From NCBI GenBank assembly GCA_964252075.1, contig CAXULY010000005.1:100642-164641 (forward strand): a DNA stretch of 64,000 nucleotides. The letters run 5' to 3'. The stretch comes from an uncultured Deinococcaceae bacterium (GTDB lineage Bacteria > Deinococcota > Deinococci > Deinococcales > Deinococcaceae). The position numbers and the translations under genes are program-made. Position 1 is the stretch's first letter. Every line of letters starts with the position of its first letter. The notes under the pieces were generated by a model. It ran no database searches. It saw nothing but the letters and a program-made list of their open reading frames with translations, and had not been told where the DNA came from. Shown here piece after piece: positions 56,894-64,000 of this stretch.

Positions 56894-58437
56894 AACTCGA
56901 AGGCTTCTACGTGCAGTTCTCGTCCCGCATCGATCAGGCGCAGAACGCCCGCCTGCACGCCCTGCACCGCCAGCTCGCGGCGCGACTCGCGCCGGGCGTG
57001 ACGGACCTGTGCCCCGCCTACACCAGCCTGTTCGTGGAGTACGACGCCGACACCACGACCGCGCCCGCCATGCGCGCCTGGGTGACGCGCGCCCTCGCCA
57101 CGCTGGACACCCACCCGCTCCCGCCGCGCGAAGTGGAGATCCCCGTGCGGTACGACGGCGAGGACCTCCCCTGGGTGGCCCAGCAGACCGGGCTGAGCGA
57201 AGCGGACGTGATCCGCACGCACGCGGGCGGCGCGTACCACGTCTTCGCGATCGGCTTCACGCCCGGCTTCCCGTTCATGGGGGAGCTGCCCGAGGTGCTG
57301 CGCCTGCCGCGCCGCGCCACGCCGCGCGGTCGCGTGCCCGTGAGCGCGCTCGCCATCGCGAACGCGCAGACCTGCATCTACGCCCTGCCGTCCCCCGGCG
57401 GCTGGCACCTGCTCGGCACGGCACTCACGACCGTGTACGACCCGAACCGCGCCACGCCCTTCCTGCTCTCCGCGGGCGACACCGTGCGCTTCCGACCCGC
57501 CGAAGGGGAGGCGCCCAGCGTGCCGGACATCCGCCCGCTGTGGCCCGAAGACCCCCACCGGCCCACCATGCGCGTGGAGCAGCCGGGCCTGCTGGACCTC
57601 CTCGTGGACGCCGGACGCCACCACCAGGGGCACCACGGCATGGCGCGCGGCGGCGCGCTCGACGCCCGCGCCGCGCGCTTCGCGAACGGCCTCGTCGCGA
57701 ACCCCCCCGGCACGCCGCTGCTGGAACTCACCCTGCAGGGCCCCACGCTGACCGCCCTGCGGGACGTGGTGGCGGGTGTCGCGGGCTTCGGGATGCGCGC
57801 CCTCGTGAATGGGCGCGAGGCGCCCGCGCAGACCAGCTTCCGGCTGCGCGCGGGTGACACCCTGCGGTTCACCTCCACCCGCGAGGGCGCGCGCGCGTAC
57901 CTCGCGCTCTCCGGCGGGCTCGACACGTGGCCCTTCCTGGGCAGCAGCAGCACCGACCTGATCGGGCGCATCGGGCGGCCCCTCGCGGCGGGCGACGTGC
58001 TGGGCGCCGCGGGTGCGGGCCGTGCGAGGCCTGGCTTCACCTCCCCGCTGCTCACCCTGCCTAGTGCAGTCACCCTGCGGCTGCAGCCCGGCCCGCAGGC
58101 CAGCCGGGACGCGCTGCGGGCGCTCACGCAAGCGCCCTTCACGGTGGCGGGCGCGGACCGCATGGGCGTGCGGCTCGACGGGCCGCCCGTGCCCGGCGGG
58201 GAACTCATCAGCGAGGGCACGCCGCTCGGCGCCGTGCAGGTCACGCCCGCCGGGCAACCCATCCTGCTGCTCGGCGACCAGGGCCGCGTGGGCGGCTACC
58301 ACAAACCTGCCGTGCTGGACCCGCGCGACCTGCCGCTCGCCGCGCAACTCCGGCCCGGCCAGCGCGTGCGCTTCCAGGCGGACCTCGGCGGCAACCCCGA
58401 GGTGTGGCGGCGGCGCTGGTTCCTGCCCGCAGGATAG
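56890..58437 (+). CDS. pxpB: 5-oxoprolinase subunit B/C fusion
   Basis: IPVRYDGEDL, IGFTPGFPFM, PSPGGWHLLG; then GGALD, DRMGVRL, GAVQV...P.LL..D...GGY. Confidence 0.9.
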   Translation: MKLEGFYVQFSSRIDQAQNARLHALHRQLAARLAPGVTDLCPAYTSLFVEYDADTTTAPAMRAWVTRALATLDTHPLPPREVEIPVRYDGEDLPWVAQQTGLSEADVIRTHAGGAYHVFAIGFTPGFPFMGELPEVLRLPRRATPRGRVPVSALAIANAQTCIYALPSPGGWHLLGTALTTVYDPNRATPFLLSAGDTVRFRPAEGEAPSVPDIRPLWPEDPHRPTMRVEQPGLLDLLVDAGRHHQGHHGMARGGALDARAARFANGLVANPPGTPLLELTLQGPTLTALRDVVAGVAGFGMRALVNGREAPAQTSFRLRAGDTLRFTSTREGARAYLALSGGLDTWPFLGSSSTDLIGRIGRPLAAGDVLGAAGAGRARPGFTSPLLTLPSAVTLRLQPGPQASRDALRALTQAPFTVAGADRMGVRLDGPPVPGGELISEGTPLGAVQVTPAGQPILLLGDQGRVGGYHKPAVLDPRDLPLAAQLRPGQRVRFQADLGGNPEVWRRRWFLPAG

Positions 58438-58454
58438 GGGAGGGCCGCCCTGAT

Positions 58455-58826
58455 TTACTGCGGCGCGCTGCGCTCGAAGACGAAGGTGCCGAAGATGCTG
58501 AGCAGCGTGAATTTCCCCTTGTATGCGGTGTTCGTGAAGAACCCATCGAGGTCCACGCTGGGTTTGTTCGCGTCGTCGAAGAGCCGCCCGGAGTTCAGGG
58601 TGCCGTGCACGGGGAAGGTGTCCTTGAGCTCCGGAAAGTAGAAGCGGCCCGTGACGATGTTGCCCTCCTGCGCCAGGATCAGGTCGGCTTTGAGTTCGCG
58701 GTCGTTCGCCATCAGCCTGCCATGCCACACGCCCGTCACGTCGAGGTTCTGCGTGCTCGCCTTGCGGGTGGGAGCACAGCCCGCCGCAAGCAGCGCCAGG
58801 GCAGCCAGAATTAAGATTTTCTTCAT
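58455..58826 (-). CDS. Small hypothetical lipoprotein
   Basis: RBS GGAGGAG; MKKILILAALALLAAGC lipobox; DVTGVWHG beta-rich body. Confidence 0.78.
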   Translation of the reverse strand: MKKILILAALALLAAGCAPTRKASTQNLDVTGVWHGRLMANDRELKADLILAQEGNIVTGRFYFPELKDTFPVHGTLNSGRLFDDANKPSVDLDGFFTNTAYKGKFTLLSIFGTFVFERSAPQ

Positions 58827-58938
58827 CACTCCTCCGGCCAGCAAGTATAGCAGAAGGGCCTCATGCGCCACTCACACTCGCGATGCCATGAGGTGAAGCT
58901 CCGCCGCTGCCGTGACCGCGCGTAGCATCATGCTTGCT

Positions 58939-59748
58939 ATGACAAAGCGATTTCAGAACACGGTGGTGCTGGTCACGGGTGCGGGCGGCGGGATCGGGCG
59001 GGCCATCGCGCAGCGCTTCGCAGCGGAAGGCGCGCGCGTGGCTGTCAACGACGTGAAGGGCGACGCGGCCGAAGCGGTCGTGCGAGAGATCCAGTCGGCG
59101 GGCGGCGAGGCCCTCGCGGTGCCCGCCGACGTGTCCGACCATGCCCAGGTCGAAGCGATGTTCGCGCGCACCGAGGAGGCCCTCGGGTACGTGGACGTGC
59201 TCATGAACAACGCCGGCCTGATCGACCAGGCGCGGCACTTCCTGGACGGCGACGAAGCGTGGTGGGACCGCGTGCAGCGCGTGAACCTCAAGAGCGTGTT
59301 TCTGTGCTCGCACCGTGCGGCGCGCGTCATGGCGCGCCGCCGCCGCGGCGTGATCCTCTCCACCTCCTCGGGCGGCGCGACGCGCGCGCACCGCGGGAAC
59401 GTCGCGTACGACGCCACCAAGGGCGGCATCGAGGCCATGACGCGCTCCATGGCGCTGGACCTCGCGCCCTACGGCATCCGCGTGAACGGCATCGTGCCGG
59501 GCTTCATCAACACCTACGGCCTCACCGAGCCTGAGCTGCGCGTGCGCGAGAAGACCGTCCCGCTCGGCCGTTACGGCGTGGCGGAGGACATGACGGGCGC
59601 CGCGCTCTTCCTGGCGTCCAGTGACGCGGCGTACATCACAGGGCAGTTCATCACGGTGGACGGTGGGGTGCTGGTGCAGCAGCGCTCCGCGAACGTCGAC
59701 ACCTTCCCCGTGGAGGGCTTCCCCATCGTGGAGCCCGACCTCGCGTGA
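58939..59748 (+). CDS. Short-chain dehydrogenase/reductase
   Basis: VTGAGGGIG, NNAG, YDATK, GIRVNGIVPG. Confidence 0.93.
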   Translation: MTKRFQNTVVLVTGAGGGIGRAIAQRFAAEGARVAVNDVKGDAAEAVVREIQSAGGEALAVPADVSDHAQVEAMFARTEEALGYVDVLMNNAGLIDQARHFLDGDEAWWDRVQRVNLKSVFLCSHRAARVMARRRRGVILSTSSGGATRAHRGNVAYDATKGGIEAMTRSMALDLAPYGIRVNGIVPGFINTYGLTEPELRVREKTVPLGRYGVAEDMTGAALFLASSDAAYITGQFITVDGGVLVQQRSANVDTFPVEGFPIVEPDLA

Positions 59749-60869
59749 ACGCCACCTCAGCGGACGTGGTCGTGATCGGGGCGGGCATCGTGGGCGCCGC
59801 GAGCGCGTACCGCCTCGCGGAGCGCGGCTTGCGCGTGCTGGTGCTGGAGCAGGCGGACAGCCCAGCCACGGGCTCCACGGCGCGCAGCGCGGCGGGTGTG
59901 CGGGCGCAGTTCACGACCGTCACGAACATTGAACTCGCGCGGCACAGCATCGCGGAGTACGCCTCGCTCCCAGAGTCCGGGTACCGCGCGGACGGCTACC
60001 TCATGCTGGTGCCCGAGGACGGCTGGAACGCGCACCTGAAGGGCGTGGCGCTCCAGCGGCACCTCGGCGTGCCCACCGAGGTGCTCAGCCCCGAGCGGGC
60101 GCAGGCCCTCGTGCCGTTCACGCCGGACGGCCTGGGCGGCTGCACGTACTGCGCGATGGACGGCTTCGTGGACCCGCACGGCCTCACGCACGGGTACGTG
60201 CGCCGCGCGCGCGACCTCGACGCGCGCTTTCAGTTCAGCACGCCCGTCACGGCGCTGGAGCGCGTGGGTGGCGCCTGGATCATCCGCACCCCGGCGGGCG
60301 ACGTGCGCGCGCCCCTCATCGTGAACGCCACGGGCGCGTGGGCGGGCGAGGTGGGCGCGCTCGCCGGCCTGGAGCTGCCCGTGCGGCCCGCGCGCCGCAT
60401 GGTGTTCACCACCGGCCCCCTGCGCCCCACCCGGCACGTCCCCATGACCTTCGACCTGCACAGCGGCGTCTGGCTGCGCTCCGAGGGCGAGCGGCTCATC
60501 ATCGGCCGCGCGGACCCCGCGGACCTCGGCTGGCGCGACGGCATGAACTGGGACTGGCTGGAACCCACCCTTGAGGCGGCCCTCGCGCGCTTCCCCTGGC
60601 TGGAGTCCGCGTCCCTGGACCGCCGCGCGAGCTGGTGGGGGTACTACGAGGTCACGCCCGACCACCAGCCCATCCTGGGCCGCTGCCCCGGCGTGGAGGA
60701 CTGGATCAACGCCTGCGGGTTCTCCGGGCACGGCGTCATGCAGGCCGCCGCCGTGGCCCGCGTGGTCGCCCAGGAAGCGCTCCTGGAAACGCCCTTCGTG
60801 AACATCGACGAACTGCGCTACGAACGGTTCAGTCACGGCGCCCCGGTGGTGCACGACATTCAGGTGTAA
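59745..60869 (+). CDS. FAD-dependent oxidoreductase (DAO / sarcosine oxidase beta family)
   Basis: VIGAGIVG, GSTARSAAG, NATGAW, TPDHQPILG, GFSGHG. GTGA overlap with the SDR gene. Confidence 0.9.
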   Translation: MNATSADVVVIGAGIVGAASAYRLAERGLRVLVLEQADSPATGSTARSAAGVRAQFTTVTNIELARHSIAEYASLPESGYRADGYLMLVPEDGWNAHLKGVALQRHLGVPTEVLSPERAQALVPFTPDGLGGCTYCAMDGFVDPHGLTHGYVRRARDLDARFQFSTPVTALERVGGAWIIRTPAGDVRAPLIVNATGAWAGEVGALAGLELPVRPARRMVFTTGPLRPTRHVPMTFDLHSGVWLRSEGERLIIGRADPADLGWRDGMNWDWLEPTLEAALARFPWLESASLDRRASWWGYYEVTPDHQPILGRCPGVEDWINACGFSGHGVMQAAAVARVVAQEALLETPFVNIDELRYERFSHGAPVVHDIQV

Positions 60870-61304
60870 GTGCCGCGCGGAGGAAAGTCACGGCTTCCCC
60901 CGCGCGGCGCGGTGCCCGTCGTACAACGTGGCTGCGTCGCACACATGCTCGGTCCCAGCACGCGAAGTTGATGTCACGTGATTAACGCCTGCTGCCCATC
61001 CCACAACACTTCGAGCGGGTGGACCTGCAAATGCAGCATGCCACCATATGACTGAGGTTTGCCGCGTAAAAAAGCGCGGTACAGAAGGTTGAGCAGCGTC
61101 AAACGCCATCAAACTTTGTGACATGCGTCATTGATGCCTTGTCCGTCCCCTTTGGTCGGAGGGTATCAACGCTTTTACGACGTCCACAGCGGTGTTTCCA
61201 CATGAACTGAGAAATGCGTGGGAATGCCAACACAAGCTGCCTTCAGTTAACCTTCACGCGGGGCGCTTTGTCACTTGAAGGCGGTATGTCATACTTCAAA
61301 GACC

Positions 61305-61760
61305 ATGGCCTTCAAGAAGCTCAGCGAGCAGGTGCGGGAACTCAGCAACCCACAGCGCAGCGACACCTTCGTCAAAGCGTTTCGCAACGCCGTCCGTGAT
61401 GGAAAGATCGAAGCCGCGTACATTCAGGAGCGCTTCACGCTGCCCAAGTCCTTCACGACGCGCGGCAGTGACGGCACGTACAGCAAGGACAGCCGCGACA
61501 TGATTTTCGACGCCACACCGGAATTCGAGGAGTGGTTTCAGGACATCAACAAGGACCTCGCGGTGAGTCGGCGTGGCGGCAAGATCAAAGCCACCGTCGA
61601 GAACATCGAGAAGGGCCCCGTGGACTTCCACGCGCTCGCCGAGGAAACCCGCCGCAAGATGCACGCCAGTTACTCCAAAGGCCAGCAGCTCGGCGCGTCG
61701 CGTGGGCGCACCAGTGGCAAAACCTCGGGCCGCAAGCCCGGCCGACCCAAGAAGAACTGA
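61305..61760 (+). CDS. Small basic hypothetical protein with C-terminal AT-hook-like tail
   Basis: MAFKKLSEQV...GRKPGRPKKN; preceded by TTGTCA-N16-CATACT (TG-extended -10) and followed by a hairpin. Confidence 0.8.
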   Translation: MAFKKLSEQVRELSNPQRSDTFVKAFRNAVRDGKIEAAYIQERFTLPKSFTTRGSDGTYSKDSRDMIFDATPEFEEWFQDINKDLAVSRRGGKIKATVENIEKGPVDFHALAEETRRKMHASYSKGQQLGASRGRTSGKTSGRKPGRPKKN

Positions 61761-61842
61761 CCGCCCGCGCGGGCGGGAGGGCGGGCTCATGCCGCCCTCC
61801 CGTTCTTCCATAAGTGGTCTGCAAGTGGTGTAGGGTCGGTGC

Positions 61843-63033
61843 ATGCCGCAGGACCCCCCCGCCCACCTCACGGCGCGCGCTCCACGCCTGCTGGGACTCA
61901 TGAACGGCACCAGCGTCGACGGCATCGACGCCGTCCTCATCGAACTGCCCGGCTGGCCCACCCCCGGCACGAGCGGCGCGCCCCCCCCACTCACTGGCCC
62001 CGCCCCCCGAGCGCGCGTGCTGGAGCACCGACACACCCCCTTCCCCGACGACCTGCGCGCCGCGCTCCTCGCCGCCAGCCGCGACGACGCACGCACCAGC
62101 GACATCGCTCAGCTGAACGTCTGGCTCGGCGAGGCGCTCGCGGACGCCGCACTGGAACTTGCGGCCCAGGCGGACCTCATCGCCAGCCACGGGCAGACCA
62201 TCCACCACATCCCGCACCTCGACCCCACGCGCGGCTGGCACACCCGCGCCACCCTGCAGATCGGGGAGGCCGCCGTCATCGCGGAACGCACGGGGAAGCC
62301 CGTCATCGCGGACTTCCGCCCACCGGACCTCGCCGCGGGCGGGCAGGCCGCGCCCCTCGTGCCCTTCGCGGACCGCCTCATGTACGCCGAAGCGGGCGTG
62401 CGGCGCGCCGTGCACAACCTCGGCGGCATCAGCAACGTCACGTACCTCCCCGGCCTGGACGAGCGCGGCGTCCTCGCCTTCGACACGGGCCCCGGCAACG
62501 CCCTGATTGATGAAGCCGCCGAGCTGTTCGGGCAGCGGTACGACGACGGCGGGCGCCTCGCCAGCAGCGGCCACGTCGAGGAGACCCTCGTGCGCGCGTG
62601 GCTGCAGGACCCCTACCTGCAGCAGCCACCCCCGAAATCCACGGGCCGCGAGCGCTGGAACCTTCAGGCCCTCCCCGGCGTGTTCGAGCTGAACCCCCGC
62701 GACATCGCCGCGACCGTCACAGCCTTCAGCGCGCAGGCCATCGCGCACGCCTACCAGCGCTTCGTGCTGCCCCTCGGGCTGGATGAGGTGGTGGTGGCGG
62801 GCGGCGGCGCGTACAACCCGGTACTGATGCAGCAACTGCGCGAGGCGCTGCACCCCACGCCCGTCCTCACCTTCGAGGAGCGCGGCTGGAACTCCAGCGC
62901 CCGCGAAGCCGCTGCCTTCGCGATCCTCGGGTACCACGCGTATCAGGGGTGGCGCAACACGCTGCCGCACACAACCGGCGCGCGGCACGGCGTCGTGGCG
63001 GGGAAGCTGTCCAGGCCACCCGTGCTGGAGTGA
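61843..63033 (+). CDS. anmK: Anhydro-N-acetylmuramic acid kinase
   Basis: [59 protein letters not shown]. Confidence 0.95.
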   Translation: MPQDPPAHLTARAPRLLGLMNGTSVDGIDAVLIELPGWPTPGTSGAPPPLTGPAPRARVLEHRHTPFPDDLRAALLAASRDDARTSDIAQLNVWLGEALADAALELAAQADLIASHGQTIHHIPHLDPTRGWHTRATLQIGEAAVIAERTGKPVIADFRPPDLAAGGQAAPLVPFADRLMYAEAGVRRAVHNLGGISNVTYLPGLDERGVLAFDTGPGNALIDEAAELFGQRYDDGGRLASSGHVEETLVRAWLQDPYLQQPPPKSTGRERWNLQALPGVFELNPRDIAATVTAFSAQAIAHAYQRFVLPLGLDEVVVAGGGAYNPVLMQQLREALHPTPVLTFEERGWNSSAREAAAFAILGYHAYQGWRNTLPHTTGARHGVVAGKLSRPPVLE

Positions 63034-63159
63034 GGGGCGGTGGCCGAGGTGCACGGAGCGATTTGCGCCGAGCACACGTGTCGGACGAGGTGACGGTGGG
63101 GCGTGGGCTGCGGCCCTCCTCCGCGCGGCGCTCATCCGGGCGTGAGCTGGGCCGCCCCG

Positions 63160-63897
63160 TTAAGAATCCGCTGCCGGCCCGGCTGGTTCTTGCGTCGGTG
63201 AGAAGGGCGCCGCGGCCTTTTTGACCCGCTCCAGCAGGCGCTGCTCGCGCGGCAGGAAGCGCGCGGTGGGCAGCTGAATGCCGAAGGCCGCGACGACCTC
63301 GCCGTCCCACCACAGGGGCACGCCGATCGCGCAGTGCCCCGGCACCCACTCCTCAATGGCGTGCGCGTGGCCGTCCAGCCGCACGTGGTTCAGTTCGCCT
63401 GCCCACTCGTCCGGGGTGGTGATGGTGCTGCGCGTGAAGCTCACGAAGGGCGGCGCGGGCAGGCCCGCGTGCGCGTACAGCACCTTCCCGGCGGCGGTGG
63501 CGTTCGCGGGCAGGGTCACGTCCGTCTGCACCTGCGTGTGGTCCGCGCTGGGGTCGCCCAGCGCGCGGTTGATGCACACCACGCGGTCCTCCTCCAGCAC
63601 GCACAGGAACCCCAGGGCCTGCGTGGCGACCGCGAGGTCCGCGAGGGCGTTGCGGGCGCGCGGGAACCATGGGAGGGCCGCCGTGAGCTGCGCGCCGAAC
63701 TCCGCGAGCTGCCAGCTGAGGCGGTACGTGCCCGCAGGCGTGCGCCGCAGGAAACCCGCGGCGGTCAGGCCAGACAGGTACGCGTGCGCGGTGGCGCGCG
63801 GCAGCCCCAGCGCCACCGCGAGGGGGCGCACGCCCCACTCCGGCTGTGCGGGCGTGAAGGCCCGCAGCACCCCGGCGGCCTTCTCCAGCGACTGCAT
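63160..63897 (-). CDS. IclR family transcriptional regulator
   Basis: QSLEKAA..L...WGV...LGLPRATAH, TAAGKVL, TRSTIT, EEW...AIGVP. Leaderless TACAGT-6-ATG. Confidence 0.9.
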   Translation of the reverse strand: MQSLEKAAGVLRAFTPAQPEWGVRPLAVALGLPRATAHAYLSGLTAAGFLRRTPAGTYRLSWQLAEFGAQLTAALPWFPRARNALADLAVATQALGFLCVLEEDRVVCINRALGDPSADHTQVQTDVTLPANATAAGKVLYAHAGLPAPPFVSFTRSTITTPDEWAGELNHVRLDGHAHAIEEWVPGHCAIGVPLWWDGEVVAAFGIQLPTARFLPREQRLLERVKKAAAPFSPTQEPAGPAADS

Positions 63898-63908
63898 GCC
63901 GTCACTGT

Positions 63909-63931
63909 AGCGTCCAGCATTCCTGGACGCT
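63909..63931. promoter_or_regulatory. Palindromic operator between the IclR gene and the divergent gene
   Basis: AGCGTCCAG-CATTC-CTGGACGCT, 9-bp arms. Confidence 0.7.
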
Positions 63932-63970
63932 TCCCTTGAGGGTGGGCGGTTCCAGGCCAAGACTGGAGGC

Positions 63971-64000
63971 ATGACCACCGCACCTGTGATCCGCGCTCCG
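63971..64000 (+). CDS. 5' end of a gene, possibly urocanate hydratase (truncated by the window)
   Basis: GGAGG then ATG; MTTAPVIRAP resembles the HutU N-terminal IRAP motif. Only 10 codons are visible. Confidence 0.4.
   Translation, partial: MTTAPVIRAP

Overview
High-GC (about 70%) chromosomal segment that looks like Deinococcus or a close relative (Deinococcus-type polA, short HemA, futalosine-pathway MqnP, and about 25 genes with a TANNNT -10 box 5-8 nt before the start codon, i.e. leaderless transcription). Content is mostly housekeeping and metabolic: a kdpFABC K+ pump operon with a divergent KdpD-core-like kinase, polA, an OmpR/kinase pair behind a degenerate class III cyclase, a three-gene SHOCT-like/DUF4097/DUF2089 module, an RNB nuclease, mqnP, lepA, a hemC-cobA/hemD-cysG(N)-hemA cluster, metK, a MerR/aldo-keto reductase unit, yhhQ, a sirtuin, ubiE, pxpA-citE-pxpBC, anmK and an IclR regulator. 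I see no tRNA, rRNA, CRISPR array, IS or prophage. The best candidate for an undescribed system is the kdp control region: a ~180-nt structured leader with half of a c-di-AMP-riboswitch signature, six GGG tracts ending at the kdpF start, an extra 28-aa membrane peptide, and a kinase lacking the KdpD N-terminal domains. Other leads are a metK leader with an anti-SD loop, a low-GC orphan gene right behind lepA, a WGR/beta-propeller gene downstream of polA and a small AT-hook-tailed protein. All family calls come from motif recognition by eye; no searches were run.
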